A stretch of 32,000 bases of DNA, taken from assembly GCA_963718915.1 (NCBI GenBank), contig CAVRAI010000009.1, positions 120,001 to 152,000 of the forward strand, written 5' to 3'. The translations under genes were made by a program, and so were the position numbers. The notes beneath the pieces are model-generated. The model was not told the DNA's origin. It ran no database searches and was given only the letters and a program-made list of their open reading frames with translations. How positions within the stretch are numbered: the stretch's first letter is position 1; the number at the start of each line of letters is the position of its first letter. The stretch is from an uncultured Chloroflexia bacterium. Its GTDB lineage: Bacteria; Chloroflexota; Ktedonobacteria; Ktedonobacterales; JADMIN01. Shown piece after piece: positions 1 to 11,201 of this stretch.

Positions 1-133
1 GGATGTGAAGGATAGCGGCACCATCGTCCCTGGCCACGGCGGCATCCTCGACCGTATGGATAGCCTGCTCTTCGCTGTGGCGGTCGTCTTCTTCTACGCC
101 GCCTTCCTGCATCCCGCCATCCTCGGCGGCTAA
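1..133 (+). CDS. cdsA: phosphatidate cytidylyltransferase, C-terminal fragment (5' end outside window)
   Basis: Frame 2 reads [47 protein letters not shown](I/V)LDRxDS followed by a hydrophobic tail is the conserved C-terminal signature of CDP-diglyceride synthases. Confidence 0.75.
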   Translation, partial: DVKDSGTIVPGHGGILDRMDSLLFAVAVVFFYAAFLHPAILGG

Positions 134-576
134 GATGTTGCGCTCAGGCGCGCCTCAGGCAACGTTGGCTCGAAGAGTTCGATAGGGTTCCCTGAAGGGT
201 CTTCGAGCAGGATCTGCTTGCCGCCAATGCCAGTGACGATGTCATTGCGGAAGCGTGCGCCTGCCTGACGGAGCGCTTCGACAGTCGCGACGAGATCCTC
301 AACTTCAATTGAGAATCGGTTCCATCCTCCTGGTGTCGGCATCGTGCCATCCGGCATCGCCTGGCCACCACCGCCCATCGGATTCGGCGCGCTGAGCGCG
401 AGACGGAGGTCGCCTCGTGAGAGCATCGCAAAGGCGGGCGCTGGATGCATGACTTCTCGGAAGCCGAGTTGCTGGCAATAAAACGCGATCGCGGCGTCAA
501 CGTCGTTGACGATGTAGCGCACCTGAACCGTAGCCATTGCGGGTTCCACCTTCCTCGCTGTCGGAACATCTGACAA
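130..576 (-). CDS. VOC (glyoxalase/bleomycin-resistance/dioxygenase) family protein
   Basis: Intact 148-aa ORF with a VOC-type pattern ([21 protein letters not shown] ... GNPIELFEP). Met14 (start 537) is an equally plausible initiator. Its stop overlaps the convergent cdsA stop by 4 nt. Confidence 0.85.
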   Translation of the reverse strand: MSDVPTARKVEPAMATVQVRYIVNDVDAAIAFYCQQLGFREVMHPAPAFAMLSRGDLRLALSAPNPMGGGGQAMPDGTMPTPGGWNRFSIEVEDLVATVEALRQAGARFRNDIVTGIGGKQILLEDPSGNPIELFEPTLPEARLSATS

Positions 577-856
577 CCAACATGCTACCGTCCATACTAT
601 ACCGGTTTCGCAACGCCAGGTATTCGCGGAAGACCGCCACTAGCCTCCACGCACCCGCATTCCCACAACGCGCTATAACGCCCGACTAACGATACTCCGC
701 GATTTCCGCCTGCGATTCCGCGTCATCTCGCGTCGCGCCAAACGCCTGGCTAACACGCGCGCTGCTATCCTCCACACATGCGTGTAACGCTACGAGGAAG
801 TCTATGGTTAGTGTCATAGGCTGCAGGACAAGGATAAGGATAAGGCAGAACACGAG

Positions 857-1456
857 ATGTACAAGATTGAGCGACCTTTCAATCGAGCGAGCGCAGTCCA
901 CAGCGCCCCTTCGGTGCGATTAGCCGATGGCGCCAGCGTGCGTCTGCGCGCCGTCGGCAGTAGTGGCCAGGATGACGACGCTTTCCAGCGTCTGTTTTAC
1001 ACCCTGAGCGACACCACCCGCTACCTGTATTTTTGCGCGGGCATCCCCGCCACGGCGCTGTGGGCCGAGCGTTTCGGCGCCCTCAGCCGCACAGATGGCG
1101 AGCGCTCGTATGTGTTGGTGGCCGAGGCAGGCGATGAGCTGGTCGGTTTCGCGCGCTTTAGTCAGGGTCCACACGCGGAATCGGACGAGCGCGCCGCTGA
1201 CCTGGGAGTCTTGCTCACCGACTCCTGGCAGGGGCGCAGGCTGGGCGGATACATGCTCTGCCGCCTCGCTACGGAGGCGATGGCGCGCGGCGTGACGACC
1301 CTTACCGCGGCCGTGCTGTGGGAGAATCGCCGGATGCTGCGACTGGCGCGGCGCATCTTCCCTGATGTGCATATTACCTATGCGTCAGGGACGTGCGAAC
1401 TGACCATCGATCTGGAGTCGTGGTGGGCGAAACAGAATGAACAGATGTGCGGCTGA
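857..1456 (+). CDS. GNAT family N-acetyltransferase
   Basis: Intact 199-aa ORF. VGFARF ... LGVLLTDSWQGRRLGGYMLCRLATEAMARG matches the GNAT acetyl-CoA binding motif A (Q/RxxGxG/A). Confidence 0.8.
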   Translation: MYKIERPFNRASAVHSAPSVRLADGASVRLRAVGSSGQDDDAFQRLFYTLSDTTRYLYFCAGIPATALWAERFGALSRTDGERSYVLVAEAGDELVGFARFSQGPHAESDERAADLGVLLTDSWQGRRLGGYMLCRLATEAMARGVTTLTAAVLWENRRMLRLARRIFPDVHITYASGTCELTIDLESWWAKQNEQMCG

Positions 1457-1465
1457 GCGTTCCAG

Positions 1466-1495
1466 ACCTCACCTCACCTCACCTCACCTCACCCC
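1466..1495. repeat. pentanucleotide microsatellite (ACCTC)x5 plus one degenerate unit
   Basis: Read directly: acctc acctc acctc acctc acctc acccc, in the 78-nt gap between convergent genes. Confidence 0.9.
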
Positions 1496-1498
1496 CAA

Positions 1499-1520
1499 CA
1501 CCTCTCCGTGTGGAGAGGTG
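1499..1520. terminator. intergenic stem-loop, probable bidirectional terminator
   Basis: cacctctcc-gtgt-ggagaggtg is a perfect 9-bp stem. It lies between the GNAT stop (1456) and the dehydrogenase stop (1535). Confidence 0.5.
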
Positions 1521-1534
1521 AGCCAGAGTCGCTC

Positions 1535-2845
1535 CTATCGGCTGGCGCGCGCCCTGACGGCATAGGGTGGCCTGCTGGATGGCGCGGGCGGAATGGCCGG
1601 AGCCTTCACGGGGACGGCGTCGAGCAGCACCTGTAACGTCTGATGCTCTTCAGCGTGTTGCAGCGCCACCAGCGCCCGCTGAAACTCGCGTAGCGGGAAG
1701 CGGTGCGTCACGAGCCGATCCGGGGTGAGCCTCCGGTCGCGCATGAGGCTGGCCGCCAGCGCAAACGATGAGATACGGCCGTTGCCGCGACCCGTCTCGG
1801 TCTGCCAGTGTTCCATCCCCGGCGCGAACGCCCCGTACAGCGTCACCTCGGCGTGCCAGACGGGCGTCAGATCGAGGCTCAGGGGCGTCGCCTGCTGTCC
1901 AACCAGGACGACAGCTCCGTCGGGGCGCGTCCAGCGTAGCGCCGATTGCAGGGATTTTTCGGAGCCGATGGTATCGTAGACGACATCGAATCCGCCAATC
2001 AATAGCTCGGCGCCCTGGCCGTTGCTCAATCGCTTCGAGCCGGTAATCCGCGCGATGCCTTCTGGAATCTCATCGGCATGGAGGGTCTGTGACGCGCCCA
2101 TGCGCGCCGCCATCTCCGCGTGATATGGCGCATCCAGCAGCGCGGCGATATCCGCGTTTGGCGCGAATGCCCGCAGCGCCTGAATCAGCAGCAACCCCTC
2201 GACATCCGTGCCAATCACCAGCGCCTGCTCGCCGGGTTGTGGCTGGCGGCGAAGCGCGGCGTGTACGGCATTGGCGGCGGTTTCGAGCAGCGCGGCCTGC
2301 TCATCGGGCACTGCATCGGGCACCAGGAAAAGCTGGCGCTCGTGCACGACCATCTCTTCACTCCAGCCACCACCCGTCGGCGCGGGACTGGCGGGCGTGG
2401 CGCGGTGGATGCAGAGGGCGTAGTTTCCGGCGGCGCAGGCATGGCAGGGCGGCTCGATGCCCCGCGTTGGGCAACAGGGGTCGCATTGCCAGACGACCCG
2501 GTCTCCAGGGCGGAGCAGCTGCGTGTGCGGGCCGACCTCTACCACCTCGCCGACGACCTGATGGCCGAGATAGAGCCGCCGGGGATGACGCATGGCGGCC
2601 AGCGAGACACCTGGATTGGAGAGCAACTGGATCGTGGCGAGGTCGCGTTGTGTGATGCCCGCGATGTGATTGCGGACGCGCACCCACTCCGTGCCAGGCA
2701 GCGCGGGAACCGCGATACGCTGCATCCGTAGCGGCGCGAGTGATCCGTAAAACGCACGGCGTGAGAACCGCCCCAGCGTGCGCGTTAAACCGGTGCGTGT
2801 GGACGACGTTTTGAGAAATACCCCCCACATCGTCGCGCTGCCCAT
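1535..2845 (-). CDS. zinc-binding alcohol dehydrogenase (MDR superfamily) protein
   Basis: Intact ORF, open to 2956. GHQVVGEVVEVG, a Cys-rich structural-zinc loop (CDPCCPTRGIEPPCHACAAGNYALC) and a Rossmann segment (ALVIGTDVEGLLLIQ). Start is uncertain: Met38 at 2845, Met43 at 2830, or Met1 at 2956. Confidence 0.85.
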   Translation of the reverse strand: MGSATMWGVFLKTSSTRTGLTRTLGRFSRRAFYGSLAPLRMQRIAVPALPGTEWVRVRNHIAGITQRDLATIQLLSNPGVSLAAMRHPRRLYLGHQVVGEVVEVGPHTQLLRPGDRVVWQCDPCCPTRGIEPPCHACAAGNYALCIHRATPASPAPTGGGWSEEMVVHERQLFLVPDAVPDEQAALLETAANAVHAALRRQPQPGEQALVIGTDVEGLLLIQALRAFAPNADIAALLDAPYHAEMAARMGASQTLHADEIPEGIARITGSKRLSNGQGAELLIGGFDVVYDTIGSEKSLQSALRWTRPDGAVVLVGQQATPLSLDLTPVWHAEVTLYGAFAPGMEHWQTETGRGNGRISSFALAASLMRDRRLTPDRLVTHRFPLREFQRALVALQHAEEHQTLQVLLDAVPVKAPAIPPAPSSRPPYAVRARASR

Positions 2846-3198
2846 AGGTCGAAGACGCCTCCATCGAATATCAATCAGGAATCGGCTAGCTGGCGCTATT
2901 AGTAGCAAGGAATGGGCCAAGCCGCCAACCAGTGTAGCACGGTCGTCTTTCTCCACGCAACCTGGCCGGTACTGTGTAACACGTAGGGCAATATTCTGAT
3001 ACAGACGAGACCGAGTAGGCCGTTTGAACCTTCTCAGTCACTTCTCACGCAAATCACATTTTGCGGCACATACTTCATACCAGGGCGAGATTGAGCGCTC
3101 TGTCACGAGACATCGTGCCGTCATCGCATGGCGCCGAACTGGGCGCTCGCAGAGGAAACACGGGAGCTGGCTTGACAACGCAACATACCACTCGTCAT

Positions 3199-3924
3199 TT
3201 GGAGTATATTCAACCTGGGGACCATTCCGGCTCCGCCACAGGCTCATCCCCCCATGCGCGCCCGCGGGTGTTGCTGGTGGATGACGAGCCGCACATCTGC
3301 GAGTTTCTCAGCATGGGATTCGACTATGAGGGATTCGAGACTGTGGTGGCTGGCACGGGCGACGAAGCGCTGGAGGCTATCACACGGGAGCCGTTCGACA
3401 TCGCCATCCTCGATATCATGCTACCGGGTGTCAGCGGGCTTGACGTTGCTCACCATATGCGCCGCGTCAGCGACATCGGCATCATCATGCTCACCGCGCG
3501 TGGGACGGTGGAGGAGCGCATCGCTGGTCTGGAGACGGGCGCCGATGACTACATGACCAAGCCGTTCATGTTCAAAGAGCTGCTGGCACGGGTGCGCGCT
3601 GTCTTGCGCCGGAGAGGCAATCAGCTGGACCGCTACCTCGTCTTTCAGGATCTGACGCTTGACCGCGAGACGCATACAGCCCTTCACGGCGAGCGCGAAA
3701 TCGCACTGACACCCCGCGAGTTCGAGCTGCTGGAGCTTTTGCTGATGCATCCCCGCCAGACGCTCACGCGCGATACCATCCTGGCGCGCATCTGGGGCTA
3801 CGAATACGAAGGAGACGATAACGTGCTCGAAGTCTATATCCGTCGGCTGCGTGAGAAGCTGGACGACGCTCAGGCGCGCCTGGTGCAGACGGTACGTGGT
3901 GTTGGGTATGCGATTCGCGGATAA
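3199..3924 (+). CDS. OmpR/PhoB-family two-component response regulator
   Basis: Receiver domain (RVLLVDDEP...DIAILDIMLPGVSG...MLTARG...GADDYMTKPF) followed by a winged-helix domain (LTPREFELLELL...VRGVGYAIRG). The ORF is open from 3061. The true start is probably TTG 3199 or GTG 3268. Confidence 0.9.
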   Translation: MEYIQPGDHSGSATGSSPHARPRVLLVDDEPHICEFLSMGFDYEGFETVVAGTGDEALEAITREPFDIAILDIMLPGVSGLDVAHHMRRVSDIGIIMLTARGTVEERIAGLETGADDYMTKPFMFKELLARVRAVLRRRGNQLDRYLVFQDLTLDRETHTALHGEREIALTPREFELLELLLMHPRQTLTRDTILARIWGYEYEGDDNVLEVYIRRLREKLDDAQARLVQTVRGVGYAIRG

Positions 3925-3943
3925 AACGGCGTCCCTCGCCCGC

Positions 3944-5550
3944 ATGCCGCTCCGCTGGCGGCTCACACTCGTCTCCTTTGGCCTGCTGGTCATCCTGCTG
4001 ACGGCATTGGGCGCGTTCGTCTCGATCACGGAAGAGCAGACGCTCTTTACCAACCAGGCGCTGACGCTTCGCCAGGAGGTGCGCCTCGCCAGCGGGCCAC
4101 TCAAAGGCGCGGGCGTTGCGCTGGCGACTCCTGGTGAGACGCTCCCAACTGGTGGCGCACTCTCCGCGAAGGCCATCACGACGCTGACGTTTACCACCCG
4201 CCGCCTGACAGGAGCCGCCATTCGCGCCGTGGTGCTCTCGCCCACGGGAGAGACGATCCTTTCTGGCGTAGACACACAGGCGCAGGTGGCGCCCGCGTCT
4301 GTCAATACTTCAGAAGCCTCCTTGCGCGATGCGCTGGCCGTTGCCCCAAACAGTGACGCCTATAATCTGGCGAAGGGCAGCGACGGACGCCGCCAGTTGA
4401 TTGTGCTGTACCCATTGGTAGACCTGCAATCGCGGACCATCGTAGCGATTCTCCAGGTGAGCGCGCCAGTGACGCCTATCGAAAACGCCATCGCGCAGAT
4501 GCGCCTGATGCTGGCGTTCGGGGTCGCGGTGACGCTGGTGATCGCCGCCGCGCTCACCCTGCCGCTCATTACCGCCGCCCTGCGGCCATTGAACGCGATG
4601 GCGCACGCGAGCAGAGCCATCGCCGAACAGTCCGGCCAGAATACGAATAACGCGCTGGCCGTGCGCCTCGACGTTTCTCCGACACACGACGAGATCAGCC
4701 GATTGACGGAGTCGTTCAACGCGATGGTGGCTCAACTCGACGCGGCCTTCACCCGCCAGAAGCAATTCGTGGCCGACGCCTCGCATGAGCTGCGCACGCC
4801 ACTGACCGCGCTGGGAAGCGGCCTGGAGATGCTGCTGCTTGGCGCTGACCAGGGCGATCCCGACGTGGCGCGGCGGCTGTTACGCGGCATGTATCGCGAG
4901 ACCCAGCGCCTGCAACGGCTGGTGGAGGATCTGCTCACGCTCACACGGCTGGACGACGGCCATATGCCGGTGAGTCCGCGAGTCGTTCCGGTGGCGCCGC
5001 TGCTGGCGGATGTCTGCGAGCAGGCCGAGCGGCTGGCCCACGGCCAACGGGTTGAGGTGGCGATGGCGGCGGAAACACCCTGCTGTATGGCGACCCTGAC
5101 CTGATCCGCCAGGTCTCTGTTGATCCTGACAGATAACGCGCTCAAGTACACGCCGTCTGATGGTCGCGTTCTGCTGACGGCGCGCGCGACACCACCATCC
5201 GAGCCGCTCGCCGTCGCGCTCGCGGTGTCTGATACGGGTGTCGGCATGCCAGCGGAGACGCTCTCGCATGTCTTCGAGCGGTTTTATCGTGGGGATGTCG
5301 CACGGACGCGCGCGCCAGTGGCGGGCAATGAGACTAGCGCATCGGCGGGTCGGCGGGAAGCGCTGGGCATCCGGGGAGCGGCGCTGGCCTGGGCCTTTCT
5401 ATCGCCGACCAGTTGACTCAGGCGCAGGGGGGCCATATCACCATCGAGAGTAAGGTGGGGGTAGGAACGACGGTCACGGTGACACTGCCCGCGCATGATG
5501 TGTCTGCCGCTACAACGTATCCGCCCGCTATGACCGGCGCTGGCGGCTGA
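3944..5550 (+). pseudogene. sensor histidine kinase (TM-HAMP-HisKA-HATPase), frameshifted in this sequence
   Basis: MPLRWRLTLVSFGLLVILL TM helix. H-box FVADASHELRTPLTAL. N-box LILTDNALKYTP. G-boxes DTGVGMP and GSGAGLGLSIADQL. The reading frame changes at least 3 times after 5070 (ORFs 3851..5104 and 5120..5416, then a third frame to the stop at 5548-5550). Confidence 0.85.
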
Positions 5551-5607
5551 AGCCGCGCCTAGGGGCCTGCGCTCCGCTGCGGCCGCAAAGTCCGCCTGCG
5601 CGGGCTC
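5540..5607. repeat. dispersed intergenic repeat, copy 1 (two short GC hairpins)
   Basis: ctggcggctgaagccgcgcctaggggcctg[cgctccgctgc]ggccgcaaagtccgcctgcgcgggctc is near-identical to 20897-20953 apart from an 11-nt insertion and a few substitutions. It overlaps the last codons of the kinase. Confidence 0.8.
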
Positions 5608-5665
5608 CCGAGGCATTACACTGTATCACCCACACTGCTTCAATGCTCATCCGGTTAGCCATGCG

Positions 5666-6598
5666 TTATGCGCCGCAGGCTGGCGCGCCGGGGAGCGGGC
5701 CGTTCTTCGTCTGGGCGAAGAGCCAGGGGTAGAGCGGGTTGTTCGTGTGTGCTGTCTGGCCGTAGACCTGTGGCCAGATCGTATGGGACATGCCCGCCAG
5801 TTCGGTATAGCAGGGGGTTCCACCGGCGGCCCGGAGCGTCTGAATCATGGTACGCGACCCGGCGACGGGGACGCGGTTATCATCCGCGCCGTGAAACGCC
5901 CAGAGTGGCAGGTGAACGATGCGGCTGGCGAGTGCGGGATCGCCCGCGCCGGAGACGGGAACGGCTGCGGCAAATTCCGTTGGCCAGCGTTCGATGGCGT
6001 CCCAGACCCCAAAGCCGCCCATCGAGATGCCGGTAATATAGAGGCGATTGGCGTCAATACCGGGATAGCGCCGCTGAATGAGCGCCACAATGTTGATCGC
6101 CATCTGGAGCGAGGCCGATGGCTGCGTGGCGAGCGCATAGGAGCTGACGGTGGGGGGAACGTTGACGTAGCGGTTGGAGCCAACCACCTGCGGCACGACG
6201 ACGAAGGAGGGCCAGCGGGTCTGCACGTTCGCCCCACCAGTCGCTACCCACGGAGTGACATACGATGCGTTGATGGCGAGCGCGCGGTTCTGGGCCGCCG
6301 TCTGCTGCGGGTTGGCGCGCTCGCCGCCGCCCTGAAGGATGAGCACCAGCGGATACTGTTGGCCTGGATTGCTGGCCGTATACCCCTGCGGGACGTAGAG
6401 ATAGAACGCCATGCGGGTATTATCCGGGCCAGCATACTGGCAGGAGAGGAAAGCGCCGGGGCTGCTGGCCGAGATGTCGGGGCATGTGATCGTGACGTCG
6501 GCGGGGAGAACGATGGTCGCGGGAGTTGGTGGTGTGGTCGGCGGCGCGGTTGGCGTCACCCTGGAGGTGGCCCCATGGGCGCTGGCGCACCCGCTCAA
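5666..6598 (-). CDS. alpha/beta-hydrolase esterase (PHB depolymerase / carboxylesterase-like), probable lipoprotein
   Basis: 310-aa ORF. YPLVLILQGGG, nucleophile elbow GISMGGFG, then WAFHGADDNRVP and MSHTIW (Ser-Asp-His triad order). It begins at SGCASA. A hydrophobic signal-like segment MLFMLATLIGALDGYL lies just upstream (6644 down) in another frame, suggesting a lipobox L-S-G-C split by an indel. Confidence 0.85.
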   Translation of the reverse strand: MSGCASAHGATSRVTPTAPPTTPPTPATIVLPADVTITCPDISASSPGAFLSCQYAGPDNTRMAFYLYVPQGYTASNPGQQYPLVLILQGGGERANPQQTAAQNRALAINASYVTPWVATGGANVQTRWPSFVVVPQVVGSNRYVNVPPTVSSYALATQPSASLQMAINIVALIQRRYPGIDANRLYITGISMGGFGVWDAIERWPTEFAAAVPVSGAGDPALASRIVHLPLWAFHGADDNRVPVAGSRTMIQTLRAAGGTPCYTELAGMSHTIWPQVYGQTAHTNNPLYPWLFAQTKNGPLPGAPACGA

Positions 6599-6672
6599 GA
6601 TACCCGTCCAGCGCGCCGATCAGCGTGGCCAGCATGAACAACATCCTTTCCGCCGTCGCAGCCCCGCCTGCG

Positions 6673-8036
6673 TTAGCCTTGCTGCCCATGCGCGTCACCC
6701 CTCTTGGCGATGCGCCACCGCGGCGCGCGCGCTCCGCGACGGAGCGCCCCGCGCCGGTCCGTACGGCTGGCTCGGCCTCTCGCGCGCTCTGGTGACCGCA
6801 GAACGCGCGCGAGGGATTGCGCCGCGTGACCGCTGCCTGTGCCGCGTTGGCGAGCCAGCGGCCAAGACCCGCTCGCGCGAGAGGGCGCGATGGATGGCCA
6901 ATCAGGCGGCTCAGCAGTGGCGTGTAGAGGAAGACGACGCATAGAGCGACCGTCACGCCCGCCACCAGCGCCCAGGTGAGCGCGACCGAGCGGCTCCGGC
7001 AGCAGCGCTGGCAGGATTGGGGACGAGATAGACCATCGCCTGCTCAAGAATGTACGCATGGATGAGATAGATGCCGAACGACGCATTGGAGAGCAGCACC
7101 CAGAAGCCCGCGCCTCGTGGCGGATGTGGCGCGCGGCGAGTCGCCCAGCGCGTGGCAAGCCAGTAGAGGAACGCCGCGATCCCGATGGCATAGATCACCA
7201 TCGCCGGTTGAAAGACCGAGATGCCATAGCCGATATCTTATGCCAGACCGCTGTCTGAAGCCAGAGATTGCCCCAGATCAGCGCCAGCCCCAGCGCGAAC
7301 CCGGCGACGACCAGCTTGCCGTGGCGCAGGACGAACGCGCGCACCTGTGGCATATAGAGCGCCGCCACGCCACCGAGGACGGCGTAGAACTGGTAGAGCA
7401 GGAAGAACGCGAGACTGATTCTGATTGATGAAGACGCCGACGGGTGTCGTGGAGAATGGCCCCGTCTGCACGAACTGGTAATCCAGCGCGAGCATGACCA
7501 CCTGCACCGCGAAACTGACGCCCAGCAGCACCCAGGGGCGCTTTCCCGCCGAGGTCATCAGCCGGAGAAACCAGGGGAGGATCAGGTAAAACTCCAGCGT
7601 CAGCAGAATGTAGTACAGCTGAAACGAGGCGACGCCCGTCAGGATATCGCTGAGCGCGCGCACGCCCCATTGCCGGCGGGCAGCGGTGCGGCTTCGACGC
7701 CACCTCGTAGAAGAGGCTCCAGAGCACGTAGGGAAGCAAGACGCCCAGGCCACGTTTACGCCAGAACGCTTTCGCGCGAAAGGGGCGGTTGACATACCCG
7801 TAGACCATCACAAAGGCGGTGATGGCGATGAAGATCTCGCGCGTGAAGTGGAGCGCGCTCACCACGGCGTTCTGGGGCGCAACTGGCCCGCGTTTGTGTG
7901 CGTCAGAATCAGCGTAAATGAGACGGCATGCACGCCAACAACGCAGATCGCCGTCACCGCGCGAATGGCGTCTATCTCATAGAGTACCCGCGCGGCCCGC
8001 CTTGGCCGCCTGTGCGTGACATGCTCAGCCATGCGA

Positions 8037-8056
<20 letters not shown>
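6673..8056 (-). pseudogene. acyltransferase family 3 (OafA-like) membrane protein, multiply frameshifted
   Basis: The N-terminal signature YEIDAIRAVTAICVVGVHA and later hydrophobic segments (FIAITAFVMVYGY, FQLYYILLTLEFYLILPWF, NASFGIYLIHAYIL) are spread over ORFs 7859..8056, 7278..7865, 7238..7795, 6953..7201 and 6420..6965 in different frames. The 3' end is uncertain. Confidence 0.7.
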
Positions 8057-9577
<1,521 letters not shown>

Positions 9578-9643
9578 CCCTAGATTTCGAGTTCATTGTT
9601 GCTACCTTCTTCGAACGCTGCGATTCCCCTGGTGTGCGCACCG

Positions 9644-10042
9644 TTAATACATCATGCGCGGATCGAAGTAGTGTTTGAACTCCAGCAAATTGTTCGAAGG
9701 GTCGATCAGCATGAAGGTGTAGATGCTCCTCGACTAGCCCCTCGAAGCGCGCGTCGGCTCGGCGAAGAACGGCAACTCGCGCGCCGCGCCAGATTCAGCA
9801 GCGCGTCGAACTCGGCCTTGTCCTTGAAGGTCACGCCGAAGTGGCGCGGGATACGTCTGCGGATCGTGATCGATCGTCGTCCGTCAGGTGGCACACCACC
9901 TGATCGCCGAAGAAATCGAGCGTGATGCGGTCATTGTAGCGCCGCGCCAGCTTGCAGCCGAGCTTCGTCACGTAGAAGTCGAAGGCCGCGTCGAGGTCGG
10001 CGCAGGGATCGCCAGGTGAAAGACATTGTTGCTGTCGCGCAT
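9644..10042 (-). pseudogene. VOC/glyoxalase-like protein, frameshifted
   Basis: Reverse strand from ATG 10042 reads MRDSNNVFHLAIP..DLDAAFDFYVTKLGCKLARRYNDRITLDFFGDQVVCHL, then shifts frame, then reads HFGVTFKDKAEFDALLNLA ... LIDPSNNLLEFKHYFDPRMMY*. An aaggag RBS lies 8 nt upstream. Confidence 0.65.
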
Positions 10043-10077
10043 AGTGACGCCTTTCTCCTTCTCAGTGTCTCGTGCTC

Positions 10078-10848
10078 TCACTCGAAGAGCAGCAGCGTGT
10101 CGGAGCGCAGGCCCAGCCGCAGCGTTTCGAGCGCGATGGCGTCGGCAAAGGGCACGTTCGCGAGATTCACGTCGGGGCCAGCCGCTTGATGAAGGTGGTT
10201 TGCAGCGTCTTGTTCGGCGCCTCGAAGACCAGGTCGCTGCTGTCGATGCCGGACTCGATGATCTCCTCGATCAGCCCGTAGCGCAGCGTGCCGTCGGGGC
10301 GACAGATGCCGCTGGTGCCGCTCTCGCGCGCCTCCAGCAGCACCTTCGTCGCGCCGGCCTCTAAATCCTGCCGGATGTAGGCGATCCACATCGCCGGCGA
10401 GAGCATCTGCGACTGTTCGCTGTCCTTGAAGCCGACCTCGCTCAGTACGCGAAACTCGCCGGCGAAGTCCGCGATCGACCCGCGCCTTGTCGGCGTTGCG
10501 GAGGTCGATGGTGCCGTTCGAGATCTCCACATAGCGGCAGCCATAGCGCGCGGCAATAATCGAAAAACGCGCCGATCTTGCCGCTGGCTGATAGAACTTC
10601 TCGAAGAGCGTGCCGCCGAAGAAATAGTCGATGCCGTGCTCGCTGCAGGGCGGCAATCTTCCCGTCCAGGTGTGGTCGTGATCACCGAGGTGCCCCAGCC
10701 AAACTTCACCAGATCGATGTGACGGCGCGGCGCTCTCGACCACATCTTGAAAATAGTGCGTCGGCAGCCCTGGATCGATCAGGATGCTCATACCCCGCAC
10801 CCGTGGCTTGACACTGCGCTCAGGCAGCGTGAGTCCCGTCACTTGCAT
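10078..10848 (-). pseudogene. comA: (2R)-phospho-3-sulfolactate synthase (ComA family), multiply frameshifted
   Basis: MQVTGLTLPERSVKPRVRGMSILIDPGLP, HIDLVKFGWGTSV, IDYFFGGTLFEKF, YVEISNGTIDL, VLSEVGFKD and LLEARESGTSGICRPDG alternate between ORFs 10078..11028 and 10167..10745. This matches my memory of the ComA (PF02679) family pattern. Confidence 0.75.
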
Positions 10849-11201
10849 CTGTTCATCTTCTCCTAAACTTATAAGCCCTGGGGTACGCTGGCCTGCTATG
10901 CTCGATATGCTTTGACATATCAAGCGACCGACGCCATCGCCGGGGTATGAAGTAAGTTGTGTTATAGTCGGCGCGCTCTGATGCGCCTGAGGTGAGCATA
11001 TGCCTTGCGGCTGTTCATTCCCTGTCACTGGCTGAATAAATGCTGAATTATGGCAGTGGCGCTATTGGCTGATTCCGGTGAGCTATCGCCTAATTGTTAG
11101 AACCGCCGCGGCCCAATGTGGAATAATCCTGAGGCGTAGGCAGTGGCATCAATGGAAATAAACGCACCGCCGCCACCCATGCGGACAGCAATAGAGGTGT
11201 T

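Noticed and set aside
686-901. 71-aa minus-strand ORF (or its 43-aa internal version from 814) in the VOC to GNAT divergent intergenic region
   Set aside because: It is short, has no clear RBS and no recognisable family, and overlaps the GNAT start region. The sequence is more likely promoter DNA. A small protein cannot be excluded.
2089-2731. Long overlapping or antisense ORFs inside real genes (for example 2089..2655, 2120..2731, 12130..12681, 13365..13853, 24938..25471, 25024..25686)
   Set aside because: They are typical stop-poor shadow frames of GC-rich DNA. They are Arg/Ala/Pro/Gly-rich and each overlaps a gene with clear family motifs on the other strand or frame.
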